Below, one piece after another: positions 12,578-27,651 of a stretch of 64,000 bases of DNA; positions within the stretch are counted from its first letter, which is position 1, and each line of letters starts with the position of its first letter. The position numbers were made by a program, and so were the translations under genes. The DNA is from Eledone cirrhosa. Taxonomy: Eukaryota. Under the pieces are notes generated by a model that did no database searches, had not been told where the DNA came from, and worked only from the letters and a program-made list of their open reading frames with translations. The stretch covers positions 139,128,001-139,192,000 of the forward strand of contig OZ024741.1 in NCBI GenBank assembly GCA_964016885.1, in the 5' to 3' direction.

Positions 12578-12730
12578 TAACGAAGGAAAGGTGGTTAGGA
12601 ACCAAGTAGGCCATAAAGTACCAGAGTATTCGATATTTTGGGTAGTAGAATGGGTAATAAGACAGCTAGATCAGAACTAGCTGTCGAAACGGCCGGAGCT
12701 CAGCCGTCGGGGTCCTGACTCTTTTCCTAT
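12578..12730 (+). mobile_element. Naiad-type terminal cassette: inverted tail plus a hammerhead lacking CUGANGA
   Basis: gacagcuag-aucagaa-cuagcuguc GAAA cggc-cggagcuca-gccg UC ggggu at 12661-12713. The inverted tail 12578-12660 is homologous to 45153-45235. Confidence 0.7.
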
Positions 12731-12759
12731 ATGTGTGTATTTCTGTGTGTGTATGTCTC

Positions 12760-12790
<31 letters not shown>

Positions 12791-14709
12791 CTCTCTACTT
12801 ATATATATGTGTGTGTTTTTGTGAGTGTGTGTGAGTGTGTGTGTGTGTCTGTGTGTGTGTGAGTGTATGTAAATTGTTTATCTGTGTGTCGTATTACAAC
12901 GTACCACTCAATTTGTTAATGTAAAGTTTTGCAGTGTTGAGCGATTGTCCCCGTAGTCCCCCACCCAATCCTACTGATTTGCGATCCCTGGTAAATACGT
13001 AGTAAGTTATCGTATAACTGTATCCAGTGGATATCATTAGACGGTCTACGGTAAGAGTCATTCCAGGTGTCTTTTGCGACAATCTTGTTTATATTTTCTT
13101 TATTATTAATGTAGATACGTATGATCTAAAGAATAATTGGCTGCTATTTCTAACATACGTGTGTCACCATGAGGAGAATCCTATGTTTGATAGTCGTAGT
13201 GTTGCAATGTGGGTGTGATGGTGTGCTATTTATTATAGACCAACATGTAATTATGTAATTTTTTTCTACACACACACAAACATCAATACAATCTTTCTTT
13301 ATTTCTCTCTCACATAAACATTTGCGCAAATTTCTATCTATCTCTCCCTCACGCGTACATGAACACACAACTCTCAGATGTTCGCAAACTTTCTCTCTCA
13401 CCCTGCACCATCCTCTCTCTCGCACACAGATACACTAACATAACTGGTATTTTCGCAATTTTTTTGCGCCCTCCGATACACACACACACACACACAGACA
13501 CACACACACACACACGCACACACACACACGAACATAACACTCACATGTTCGCAAACTTTCTCGCTCTCTCTCACTCTATCTCAAATGAATACAGGCGCAC
13601 AGTGACACACAGCTATACACTAATACAGGGACCTCATTCCCCTTAAAAATGTGAGGGGACACACACCAACATTTGATTTTTAAAGGAGCATTTAGTATCG
13701 CTTATGGTGCCTTTCCTGGGCACTATCACATAAGTAACATTTTAAGCTAATTAAATTTTATATGTGCAAATGAAGTTAGGATATTAAACATTTATCTTAA
13801 AAAGAATTTATTCTATCAAATAAACAAAAAATAAAACATAAATACAAACATAAACATTCCCGCATTTTCAGAAATCCTTTTATTTCCCCCCGCACTCTTC
13901 CCAACATTTATATACAAAACCACGCACAATCACAAAAACGACACAAACAAACAAAACAATGAAGAAATACAAACACAACACACAAATATATTCTCGCAAT
14001 TATGTAAACTTCTCCACCCTCCCTCTCTCTCTCTCGCTCCCTCTCACTCACTCAATGCATCATTATATTGTCTCATTAGTTTTCCACATTCATTCAACCC
14101 TCCTTCACGGAACTTCATCTAAACACAATCGCAAATATTTTCCCAGTCTTTTTCCCAATACCTACACATTTCTTTTCCTGCATCATTTTTCATATCTCTT
14201 AGTATATATTACTTTCTTTAGTCTACTTTTATTCCTCTCTCTCTCTCTTTCACACACACACACATCAACACAGACATACTCACACATACACATATACACA
14301 CACATACACACGTGCAGATCCATATTTTCTAGTTAATAGGATGAGGACGTGTGTCTAATTACTTAAAGTGTGCGGTTGACATATATGTTATATATTTGAG
14401 GTCGATTCCTGACAATCTGTTGTGTCCTTGAGTAAGGCATTTATTTCACGTTAATCCAGACCATTCAGCTTCACAAAATTAGCTGTACCTGTAATTCAGT
14501 GTGGGGGACTGAATGATCCTGGGTAATGCATTAAAGGCACACGTGTCTGAAATACCCAGGTGCTTGTTGGCTAATTTACCGAGCAGGCTCTTCTGTTGAT
14601 CGAATAAGTAGATCACTTGTCGGAATCTACGGAGATTCAACACACGTACACACACACACACATACACACGCTCGCGCAAAGCCACATACACATATACAAG
14701 CACACACAT

Positions 14710-14772
<63 letters not shown>

Positions 14773-14783
14773 TATACAAACAC

Positions 14784-14816
<33 letters not shown>

Positions 14817-14932
14817 CATATATACAAACACATATACCCACACATACACACATACATATGCACACATACTCTTAATAGTCAACTTTATAAGCGTGTGTGT
14901 TTAAATGAAGCAAACGATAGAGGGCCAGAGAA

Positions 14933-15075
14933 ATAATTGTTTCTACTTTAGGCACAAGGCCAGCGCTTAACCAGTGCATTACTGGTATTTTATTTTATCC
15001 ACACCATTAGGATGAAAGGCAATGTTAACTTCGGCGGGATTTGAACTCAGAATGGCTAGGGCCGAAACTCTATGC
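14933..15075 (-). mobile_element. Meta-like SINE copy
   Basis: Same family as 133-405. Confidence 0.75.
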
Positions 15076-15169
15076 GTCAAACCGACGCTACCAACATACA
15101 TTTCAATAGACCCCGATGGCAGCACATCCCAACACACTACCAGCGACTAACCCACCAACATAAAGGAAC

Positions 15170-15305
15170 ATACACCAATAAAGTAATGCACACCGCAACA
15201 TAGACCAACAGAACAAGACTAATAAAAACGACGTCACTTTACCAAACAAACTCGAAAGCCGGAGTATAAATCCACATGGTCTCCTTGCTTCTACACTCAC
15301 AGCCT
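15170..15305 (+). promoter_or_regulatory. Candidate Pol II core promoter (CCAAT, CRE-like, TATA, Inr-like)
   Basis: CCAAT at about 15175, CGACGTCA at 15229-15236, TATAAAT at 15265-15271, and a CA initiator-like site about 30 nt downstream. Lies in unique sequence 1.3 kb upstream of a signal-peptide exon. Confidence 0.3.
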
Positions 15306-16075
15306 CACTTTGCATCTCAAACGCTCTCTCTTTCCCTCGCTCGTTCTCCTTCTCTCCCACTCTTTATGTATATTCACATACTCTCCTCATCCCTCTCTCT
15401 CTTTCTCATATATATATATAAATATATATATATATTCATTTGACAGTGGTCGCCTCTCGATATACAACGGTATCGTACATATATAATACATACGTATATA
15501 TATATTGTCCCACTCTCTCCGACTTTCTGACTCTCGTAGAAACACACAGACGTATTCTTCACCAATTCTATAAACTTATAATTAAACTCTCTCTCTCCCT
15601 CCACCCTGCTCGAAAAACTATCAAAACCTCTTTCTCTCTGTAACATATATATATGCATACGTACACACATACATACAAACTGACATATGAGCGTGTGCAC
15701 ATACATATAAATATACGGGCTTACAAATATACATGTAAACGTACACACATATAAACGTGTATCTGAACCTCTGCACATATATACACATACATACAGCTGT
15801 TTACAGGAATTTTCTCAAAACAGTCATACCCTCTCGCTCTCTCACCTACCCTCTCACTCTCTCACTCTATCTCTCGCTCTCTTAAAGACCTGCACTTACT
15901 CTCTCTCTCTTTATTAATCGTTATATTTCTTTAAGTTCTATATATCTCTCTGCCTCTCTTTAGCTTTCTCTCTCAATCGTTTTATTTTCACTACATTTCG
16001 CTATCCCTTGCACTCTCATTTTTCTCTTTTTCTCCAATTACTCTCTATACTTCTAGCGCTATCTCTCTCTACTTT

Positions 16076-16197
<122 letters not shown>

Positions 16198-16406
16198 AAT
16201 CATTGTATTTCTTTAAGTGATCATATCTCTCTCTATTTCTCTGTCTCTGTCTATAACTAACTGTAATTTTTCGAGCTATTTTTTGTTTGTTTCTCTCTCT
16301 TTCAATAGTGGTCATTAAGTTCCTCTCTGCTTCTTAATCTTTAATTCGTTTTCGTTCTTTAAGTCTCCCTACCTCCTTAGCTCTCTCCCCCTCTCTTTTC
16401 ATATAC

Positions 16407-16490
<84 letters not shown>

Positions 16491-16625
16491 CTCTCTCCAT
16501 CTTACCATATATCTCTCTTTCTCCCTCCATCTCTTCCCACCACCCTCTCTCCACGTCTCTTCAGCATCATACCTTACCTTGCAGCTATTTTATACCGTAT
16601 TATACACTACTTTCGGCTTAAAACC

Positions 16626-16687
16626 ATGCCGGGCCGCCTGTTATTTCTCATGGCACCTTTAACTGCCTACTGTTTCTTAATTCTCAG
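16626..16687 (+). CDS. Candidate first coding exon encoding a signal peptide (MPGRLLFLMAPLTAYCFLIL + AG, phase 2)
   Basis: AAAACCATG start context, basic then hydrophobic N-terminus, strong donor CAG|GTAAGA at 16688, upstream pyrimidine-rich acceptor (CCTTGCAG at about 16584), non-repetitive sequence. Confidence 0.55.
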
Positions 16688-17308
16688 GTAAGAAATTCCC
16701 CTTTATGTATTACTCATTCTCTTTTCCACTCTTCTTTTTTATTTCCCTTTCGCCCTTTACTTCACTTTACCGTCCTCCTCCCATCGTCTCATGTTTTCTC
16801 TGTTTATATTTACATGTGTGTGCATGAATGAATGAAATATGTATTTGTGAATCAGCGTATGATTATGCATGTCTCTCTGTGTATAAATATGTATGTGGAT
16901 ATACGAGTAAAAAATGATGTGTAGTTGCGTTCCTTCAACACACGATTTATAAATTTTTTTTTTTTTCGGGAGTTTTTAGGTTTTACCATTAGAATTGTGT
17001 TTGTAATACAGCGAATATATGGATGTATGTGAATAAGTATGTGTACGTGTGAGTAAATTAAAGATACATACATTTACAACTCGTTAGGCTCCTTTGACAT
17101 TTGATTCTATGAAAATAGTTTTCCATAAGTTTTGTGGGGTTTATCATTAGACTTGTGTATTTGTCAATCATCGTGTGTATGTGCATTGCATGTGGGGTTA
17201 AATATGTATATAGCTATGCGGGTGTAAAGTTACGTTTCTTACTCACTAAAATGATGTTTTCGTTAGATTTGATGTTTCTTTCCATTAGAATTGTATATTT
17301 GTGAAGAA

Positions 17309-17367
<59 letters not shown>

Positions 17368-17447
17368 AATTTCAGAATAACCCGTAAAAGGGTGAAAGAA
17401 GAAATTTTATTCTATGCTTAATATATATATATATATACATACATACA

Positions 17448-17500
<53 letters not shown>

Positions 17501-17686
17501 AACATGTGTCTGTATTATGTATATATATATGTTATGTATATATATACATACATACACACACACGCACATACACACACACATATATATAATAACTTTGAAT
17601 ATAAATGGTCTCAAGTTTCACATTGTTGATTGCTCAGTTTTCCTTTTTACCCACAACTGTATCTCTCTCTCTCTCTCTCTGTGTAT

Positions 17687-17726
<40 letters not shown>

Positions 17727-18012
17727 TAATAAAAACAATGAAATAAACACAAAGAACAAATAAACACAAAGAACAAATTCTTTATACCATCATTTCATGG
17801 ATGTATATGGGTGTTGGTATGTATATCATTTAGATCTATGTAAAAATATTACAAATTACCAGAGGAAATATACATACCTTCGCATATAGATGCGGTCCTC
17901 TGAAATGATTGTATATATATATGTAGATAAATATATATGTATATATATTATGTCCTTGAGCAAGACACTCTATTTTGACGTTGCTCTTTCTACCTGGAGT
18001 TGCGACCGAGAG

Positions 18013-18061
<49 letters not shown>

Positions 18062-18117
18062 TATATATTTATATATATATATATGCATATATATTTATAT
18101 ATATATATATGCATATA

Positions 18118-18251
<134 letters not shown>

Positions 18252-19054
18252 ATGTATGTGTATGTTTGTTTGTGAGTCTGTTTACATTTGTGTCAGTCTC
18301 CATGTCCCACACCTTAGTACGGTAACTCATACGATCCAAACACACCTGGATGTGCCCCAACAGGGCTGTAGACTGCTGACAATATAAAATAATAAAGGCA
18401 TTTCTTAGCAAGGTTTACCTTGCGAGAGAAAAAAAATGGCACTCTAAGAATTCAAAATTAATTTGCTGTAATTAATTTTGCGCTTGTTTCCTTCGCTCAA
18501 ATATATAATAAAATAACAGACACACACGTAACATAAACAGACACGCTGCAACATACACAGAAACATTACTGAATACACCCACATGTTCAGCATGCACATA
18601 CAATTTACAGAGTACATAAACACGTTGCAGATTGTACGCACATTATGCAACATGCACACATGCATCATACATACATGCTGTAACATATATTTGTTGTAAC
18701 ATAAAATAACATCCCCAAACTTTGTAGCATACATATACATTGTCATATACATGATACAGGTTACACATTTATATGTGCGTGTGTGCGTACGCGATGCTCT
18801 TCAATATTTTAGCTTACATCTCTCTCATTATCTCTGCCTTCATCTATCACTCTAGCTTGCACACAAACACACACACATACACAGACACAAACATGTGATT
18901 GTGTGTATGTCTTAGTATTTATACATACATTTATATATATATATAAATATATAATATATATATATATATAATATATATATATATATTATATATATATAAA
19001 TATATAATATATATATATATATAATATATATATATATATTATATATATATATAT

Positions 19055-19089
<35 letters not shown>

Positions 19090-19343
19090 GGAGAGAGGGA
19101 GAAAGAGGAAGGTAAGATTGGAAATAGCACTGATAATATATTTCAGGGTCTGTTTTTCTTATTTTGCCTATCTTGGATTCATAAAGAAAGAGTTTTATAA
19201 TGTATATAAAGTATATAAATTCTTACCGGTTTCGATGTATTTGTAAGAATGATTTTATCATGTGTTGACTATTACAATTAAAAGGGAATAATATATTAAC
19301 ACACCCTAACACACACACACACATATTTATATAATGTAAATAA

Positions 19344-19380
<37 letters not shown>

Positions 19381-19390
19381 TGAATATATA

Positions 19391-19449
<59 letters not shown>

Positions 19450-19708
19450 TCATACGTAAGTCTGATCACACGTGCAGTTATGTATATTTATTTATGTCAA
19501 TAATATATTGCTCTTTTACCGTTTTCTCCGTTGTCAATATAAACACAACTGGGAGAACAATGGGAAGTTTCGTCTTATTACAAATGAAAACTTTCTACAT
19601 AAGATGAAAGTTTACCTAAGGATGGACCCCCATTAATGCCCCCTTACAGATATTTCCTAGAATTATACTTATAATTTATACTTCAATTAGTATCTATATA
19701 TTTATCTA

Positions 19709-19770
<62 letters not shown>

Positions 19771-19906
19771 TATATATGTATGTATGTATATATATATTAA
19801 ATGGAATGTAACCATCGTAAATGATTAAATGTTTTAAACACTCTTTGATTGTTATTTATAATGTATATATATATACATATATGTATCCATACATGTATAT
19901 ACACAG

Positions 19907-19992
<86 letters not shown>

Positions 19993-20001
19993 GCCTACGT
20001 G

Positions 20002-20034
<33 letters not shown>

Positions 20035-21039
20035 GTGTGTGTGCGTGTGTGTGTGCGTGTGTGTGTGTGTGTTTATTCTTTATTATGGCTCAGCATTGAG
20101 TCTTGTTATTTTGGGGTGTCACCAACTTAATCAAAAGATTATTAGGCAAGGGTCATGAATGATGATCCTTTAAGTACACTGATGAAACTCTAGCATAAAA
20201 AGACACATCACCTAGCCATAATAAATAAAAGAAACAACATTAAAATCTACTTCGTTATTGGGTACTCATTTTCACGCACCTTAATATATATATAAATATA
20301 TATATATATATATGCATACGCGTGTGTGTCAGAATTCAGACTTTCTATTGTAATAAATTGAATGTTTGTGTCGATAATGGTTGTGACGGCGATGGTAGTG
20401 GCAGGGTACAAAAGAGAAATATATATTTTTATTTGTGTGAGTGTGCGTGTGTGTGTGGGTGTGGGAGGGGTGGGGGTGTGAGAGTGTGTGTGGGCATGTA
20501 AGTGAGTGTGTGTGTGTGCATATAGGGAATAACCTTTGTTTTATACATGTTTTGTTAAAGAAAACATTTTCGATTTTCAATTTCTTTATTTGTAATAAAG
20601 ATTTTTCCATTTATTTAGAACACCATATTTTCTACTATAATTAATTAATTGATGTTTCTAGACGTTCAGCCTCTCCTCATCGGGAGTTTTGCCGACATAT
20701 TGTTATTGTCATATGAACTTTTTAATTGTTATGCAGTTCTCCTAAGTATGCCCTAATTCTATGTTGTTTACCTAATGTATCAATGAACATATTGGCCTTA
20801 ATAAAAAATATTAGAAAATTTTAATAAACATTGAATCTCGAAAATATCTGTTTGCAGAAACAACGACAACAACAGCAACACACACACACAATTGCATACA
20901 CATACACACACACACTGTCACACACACACACAATTGCCTACACATACACATACACTCGTTAAAAACAGGAGGAACGAAATGATGTAATGTACTAATCTTT
21001 ACATCATCCACTGAGTGTACTTTATTTTATTCAACTCGG

Positions 21040-21340
21040 ACTCACAATGGTGTGGTTGTGAGTTCGATACCCGAACCGCTTGGTAGATCATGACCTTGAG
21101 CATGACACTTTATTTCGCGTTGCTCCTGTGCACTCAACAAAAATGAGCCACGACGTCATTCTTGCCAAGCTGTGCTGTCCTTAGCTGTTTCATGGATAAC
21201 ATGGGTAGCGTGCAGAGGGGAGACGGGTTTCTATGAAGGACTACTGTTTTTCCTCTGAAATACCCTGCCCGGATTTGTGCCACAGTGGGAAATATGTAGA
21301 TGTGGAACACATGGTCATTCGTGACCGAAGGCTAAAGTTA
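21040..21340 (+). mobile_element. CORE-like tRNA-derived SINE
   Basis: B-box GTTCGATACC, CORE-like CCTTGAGCATGACACTTTATTTC, and a 3' hairpin GGTCATTCGTGACC. Homologous to 31990-32260. Confidence 0.65.
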
Positions 21341-21388
21341 CCCATTGCTCAGACTGAACTGAGTTATATATATATATATTGTGTTTAC

Positions 21389-21437
<49 letters not shown>

Positions 21438-22650
21438 TGCGTATGTGTGTCTGTGTGATATGTAATTGTATTTTATTGAACACTTTCTATTAATATGGAG
21501 TATTCTATTCCATTTTACTTATTTATGTATACATGTGTTGGATGAATCATTCGTAGTAGGCATTTAAGTAATTAAATATCAAGTCATTTGATGTACAAGT
21601 ATTTTCCATTCCCCAAAAACATTGGAATATATCCTAGCTTTCCGACGATAATATCAATACGATGAAACAATGGCATCAATGAAGAATAGAACATCGAATA
21701 CAAATTTGATTAGATACACTACATAGGTGATAAAGAAAATATATCAAGGTTATGTAGAATCTTTGTTCAAACAAACACAATAAAAAGTAAACCGCAGGCG
21801 TGTAAGTGCGGTGAAGCGGTTCGCTTCGTAGCCACGTGGTTTCTAATTCAGTTATCTTGGGCAACTGTTTTCTATAATGGCTGCGTGTTGTGTGTGAAAT
21901 GAGATAAGTTGTTTTGTGTCTCTGTGTGTGTGTAAAGATGTGTTTGCTTGTGTGTGTATTTGTTCACTGTTTGTTCAAAAGAAGACAGTAAAAAAATACA
22001 GTGTGAGTAATTTTTGGAATGTGTGATCGTGTTTTTTACGTCTCTTTCTTTTGTATGTTCAAGGACATTGAGTAATATGTATACACGATTTGAAACCAAT
22101 AAGTACAAGGTGTGGTGTGTTTGATTAAATTACTTTCTGGTTGTGCTTCAACAGGACCGCTATCAAATGAGTGAAATGATTAAAAGAAACGAATGAAAAT
22201 ACACAAGCTTTACGTCTGTCTCTCTGTGTGTGTCTGTGATTACCTTTGTGTGTAGTTCTGATATATCTCAAGACTTAGCGGTTCGGAAGAAAATCTGTAA
22301 TTCAATTGTGAAAATAAAAACATATTTCAGTTGACACGAGGAACTATCTGGAGGTGTCTGGTCATGTAAGCAGTCTTATAATTGAAGCCTATAAATGTCT
22401 AAAAGGATGCGAATTGTCATAATGAGATATATCAATGGATCATTTTAGGCTATTACTAAATGATATTGGATGTATATCCCATGATATCAAAAATAAACAG
22501 GAAATGAAATACTAAATATATTCATGAATGATATATCGTAAGAAAAACATTAAAATAGATCTACACAAACACAAATATATACGCCATCACATATATCAAT
22601 TTACATCGATAAAAAGAAACTAAATAAACACACACTCACACACACACGCA

Positions 22651-22718
<68 letters not shown>

Positions 22719-22963
22719 ATGGGGGCGTGATTAATAGCTGTCAATAAATGTGATTATTTATTTATGTAATCTCTCATATTTACAAAACCCAAACACTCTC
22801 CCACTCTCTAAGCCTCACATACACACACACACACATGGTCATTGAGTAATACGTATATAGGACATCGATAAGTAGAAGGCGTAGTGTGTTTGATTAAATT
22901 ACTTTGAGGATGTTCCTCATGTATTTATATGCATGCGCATATATTTATGTATATGAATATATT

Positions 22964-23061
<98 letters not shown>

Positions 23062-23106
23062 GTGTGTGTGCGTGTTTATGTGTATATCTGTTATATATAG
23101 ATATAT

Positions 23107-23400
23107 AAGTATGAAATTAACTTAAGACAGAAATTACGTAATTGCATTTATTGATTATACGTATTTCTGTGACACTAGCATGGAACTCTTCTGCGATCGT
23201 TTCAACAAAGACATGCACAACTTTGACACCATGTGGTGCTAAAAAGATTATGTAGGTTTTGGACACACGATGGTGTGGATGTGAGTTCGTTTCCGAACTG
23301 ATGTAACGATTGTACTACAGCTCCATGCTTTTGTTTAAATGATACGTATAATTACAAAACATGATTATGTAATTTCCGTCTTGAAGTTTATTTCATTCAA
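23107..23400. repeat. Old degenerate fold-back (arms about 23107-23205 and 23300-23400) with hammerhead 3' halves
   Basis: AAGACAGAAATTACGTAAT...TTATACGTAT versus ATACGTATAATT...ATTATGTAATTTCCGTCTT. The inner-end consensus resembles GAAACGATCGTA. Confidence 0.55.
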
Positions 23401-23527
23401 ATTACTCTGTTCCTTTTGATCGGACAGATACAACTCACGTAGAGTGCTCTTCCTGTTTACACCTGTTTACCAACGAGAAGTTACTACAAAACACTTATGA
23501 ATAAACAACACACCAACTATATATATA

Positions 23528-23602
<75 letters not shown>

Positions 23603-23712
23603 CACACAGATACATTTTCGCTTCATATATATGGAATAATGGAATAAGTTGCATGAATATATCTTTGGAACAGACACATACACACTGTCACATCCTCAAT
23701 TCTATTTACTTT

Positions 23713-23754
<42 letters not shown>

Positions 23755-23774
23755 GTGTGTGTGTGTGTGTGTAT

Positions 23775-23819
<45 letters not shown>

Positions 23820-23857
23820 TGTGTGTGTGTGTGTATGCATGCGTGCATGGTGGATGC

Positions 23858-23897
<40 letters not shown>

Positions 23898-23943
23898 CTG
23901 GTTTCATATTTTAATACCTTCAATGTGTAGCCATCTTAAATAA

Positions 23944-25673
23944 CACCGTGTAACATATTTTTTGTTCCCTGGTTCTAAGTGTCATTTCATGGTTTGTTAT
24001 ATATCATTATTATAAAAAAAACACTATTATTTAATCAGAAGATTGGGTTTGTGGTCAGGAGTTTGATATTTCGAAATTTTCATATTTTTCAAGAAAAAAG
24101 ACATTTTAAAAAAATATATCAGTTCATATAATTAAATCAACAGAGTATATATCTATTTTATTACACAAGCTTATCAAAAGCAAACAAGTAAAAATAAATA
24201 ACACTTATAAAGCAACTTATACACGTCAGAAATGACTGGATTGCCTGGATTTGCGGTAGTAGTCCAGGTCGCATTCCCGCAATAGCCCCCAGATATAGTG
24301 CCCCATGGTTTTTTCCTTGTAGTGGCCCTGATACCTCCGCTCTATCTCTTTCACATCCTGGTGGAATTGTTCGCCTTGTTCTTCTGAGTAGGCGCCCATA
24401 TTGTCCTTCAATTTTTCCAGGTGGGCGTCCAGCATATGGAGTTTAAGCGACATCCTGAATCCCATGGCGCCAAAAACCTTTATCAGATCCTGCACCAGTT
24501 GCTGGTAGTTTTCAGCTCTGTAGTTGCCCAGGTTCTTTCAATCCTATTGAGCTTATTGGAGAAATCGGTAGACTCAAACACCTTCTTTATCTGAGGTCCA
24601 ACAAAAATTCCATCTTTGATTTTGGCCTCAGAAAACTTGTGGAAGATCTCAAGAAGGTACTTAAACGCGGCTGATTCTTGGTTGAGAGCCTTCACAAACT
24701 GCTTCATCAACCCCAACTTAATGTGCAGTCGCGGCATGATCACAATCCTGGGATCAACGGGTGGCTCCCACATGATGTTCCGCGTCCCAACTAGAACTGC
24801 TCCCAGTAGTTTCTTTTGTAGTGGTCAGAGGTGGCTCTGCTGTCCCAAAGGCAGAGGAAGCATTGGAATTTGATAAAGCCTCCAAGCAGTCTTTGATAAA
24901 GAATTTGATAAAGTCTCCAATAGTCCAAGCAGGAAAATCTCCAATGATTTCCCAATTGTACTGGTTGTATTGCAGAGCTTCTAAGAGGACTTTCACACTG
25001 AAGTAATCTTCCTTCAGGAAGACTGAATGATCTCGGGGCAGTGTCGAGAACTTGTTTCCATTGTGGTGGAGGACAGCCTTCAAACTTGTGGTGGAGGACA
25101 GCCTTCAAACTTGTGGTGGAGCTGTCTATAAATAGCCTTGGGCACAAACGGCACCCCAATGACGTCAAACAGTCCAGGCACCTCATGGCAGAAGCAGAGG
25201 ACATCCCTAAGAGTGTAAAACCCTTAGAAGGTTCGTGTCGACTTCTCTAACTTGTCACCTGCACTACCTCCTTGACCAAGTTCCACTGCTTCATCCTGGA
25301 GACGAATGCTTTAAACACAACTTACTCTTTATTCAGGGTGCGAAAATCCAGTATCAATAAATCTCTTTAATTCACTCTTTAACAATTTTATACTTTATTG
25401 CACTTTTATAATTCTTTTTGGTATTACTCGTTATTTTATAATTTTAATTTAACTTGAAACATATATAAAAAAAAATCATTTAACATAAGCAAATTAAACT
25501 TACATACAACGTAAAATCCAGCATACAAATAATTCTAGAGAATAGCTTAGAATTTTTACAAACCCCAACTTTTAACTGTTTAATAGAATTTTTTATTTAT
25601 CTGGGACCTAAGCAACACAAAAAAAGTGATTACAAGCCAGGAACAGAGAAACATGTTTTTTTGTTACACGGTG
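23944..25673 (-). mobile_element. Chapaev3-like (CMC) DNA transposon with both ends intact and a decayed transposase
   Basis: Perfect 12-bp TIR CACCGTGTAACA...TGTTACACGGTG. TAA on both sides (23941-23943 and 25674-25676). Transposase motifs LFIDSS..SLKAVLHH, CFLCLWDSR, LHIKLGLMKQFVKAL, GIFVGPQI, SLKLH.L..H and SEEQGEQFHQD. Confidence 0.85.
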
Positions 25674-26140
25674 TAATAAACAATTAAAATCTTTTAGCAT
25701 TTTTCGAAATTTATGTAAATTTAATTGATAACCGTTGGAACTCTGTTTCACATATTTCACTATTAGTTCATAATTACAGGTGCAAATTCCTTTTGAATAT
25801 TTAAATAACTTATTGCATCAGTATTTGATAGATTTTATGATATTTTTCCGTTTTATTTTCTATTAATTTGCTTTTTGGTCATTAGGCGCGGCCATACTGT
25901 AGCACTTCTTGATATAGAAGAGCATAGCAATCGTAGTATCTATTTTAACAATTGCTGTTTTATCGCAAATTTGCGGGATTTACTTCGAAAACACACATGC
26001 ATATATATACACATATACAGTTGAAACTGCATGAGCTCAGTCGACAGTCAGTAACTCATTTTGATGCCTTCTCACTACTTTCTTAGGTATCACGGTCTAA
26101 TCAAATGTCTTACTAACTTCAACCGTAAACTCCCAACCTG

Positions 26141-26224
<84 letters not shown>

Positions 26225-27322
26225 ATATCATGTGAAATAGAATGGGAAACTGACATATATTTTTCTAGGTACTTGCAGTTTTCCAAAGGAAAAGGATGTT
26301 ACTTCCTACGTTAGCGATCATATATGCAGATAGGAATCATGACACATTTACAATAAAAACACATTTTAACTGTAATTGATTGAAGATGGTTAAAAAAATT
26401 AAATGAGAAATATTGTAAATGGTAGTTTCAGTTTAGATCACGTTAGTATATTCGGCGTACATAAATTGGAAAGGAGAACTTCCACGAGAGGAAAGTATCC
26501 TATATATGTTATCACATGCCAGGAGTATTTATCTGAAATATCTGCTTGATCTGAACTTTTTGTATTTTCTGATCTTTTTGAAAATATAAAGGTGATGTGA
26601 AATCATGTGGTTAGTGGTTATTTATTTCTATATAGTCGAAAGCATATTTTCCTGTATCATTTTATTGAAACACGTGTAAAACTAACGAAGCATATTTAGG
26701 TTCCTCCATAAATCCTCCATGTATTCATTAATGGAGCGTTGCACTGAACCATACAATAACATCCTTTCACTCAATCATGCCATAACCTAGACTTGTTTAC
26801 TTAAAATTCTAATTTGTGTATCCATATGTACTACAGCTTATAGATTCGTTGTATTTGTTGATTGTAAAAACATATTGAGCTAGAAGATTCCTTGTCATAA
26901 ATTTACCAGCTTTTTCTTTCAACGATCTACCCACCCAAGCCATTGCTTAACGTGAGGCTAGTGGAAAACACTTGCACCAGATGCTGCACGATGTAACATA
27001 TTTCATCATCTTCTGTTTGTAGAGCGAACTCCCTAACGCCATGACAATATCCAAAATGTCGGTTCTTAGTGGATCTGTCACTACAACTTAGCAAATGTGT
27101 TTATCAATAATGTTCCGGTTAATTATCATCAACTATACACGTCTATCTAATGTGATGTATTTTGTCGATGCTACACATATTTTCATTCAGAATGTATATG
27201 TGCATGTGCATATGAGTATGTATGTATGTATGTATATATATTATATATATATATATATATTAGAAAGTGAGGTTTTTTTTTACAAAATAAAAAATAACCG
27301 AGGTGTCCTACACGAGTGAAAG

Positions 27323-27613
27323 TATAAAGAAAAAGAGATGAAATCGAAAATGCAACTGGAGTCTTATTTTTTTAAAAATATATATATATTTATTTGGTTC
27401 CTTTACCGGTTTCGCAGTTATTCTGCTTTTCAAAAGGTGAGTTGAGATGGAGGGTCTGTGGTTTTTCTCACATGTGAGAAAAACTACAGACACTCCATCT
27501 CAACTCACCTTTTGAAAAGCAGAATAACTGCGAAACCGGTAAAGGAACCAAATAAATATATATATTTAAAAAAAAATAAGACTCCAGTTGCATTTTCGAT
27601 TTCATCTCTTTTT

Positions 27614-27620
<7 letters not shown>
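27323..27620. repeat. Near-perfect spacerless palindrome of about 298 bp centred at 27472/27473
   Basis: Centre TTTTCTCACATGTGAGAAAA. The arms are reverse complements with only a few differences. Confidence 0.93.
27508..27545 (+). ncRNA. Minimal type I hammerhead, U3-A8 variant, with an identical antisense copy at 27400-27437
   Basis: ccuu UUGAAAA gcag aauaa cugc GAAA ccgg UA aagg. All stems perfect, palindromic ACCGGU stem III, GUA cleavage triplet. Confidence 0.8.

Positions 27621-27647
<27 letters not shown>

Positions 27648-27651
<4 letters not shown>

Noticed and set aside
20175-20215. CTGATGA motif (similar cases at about 30817 minus, 20680 minus and 43966)
   Set aside because: No properly placed GAAA or closing stem I.
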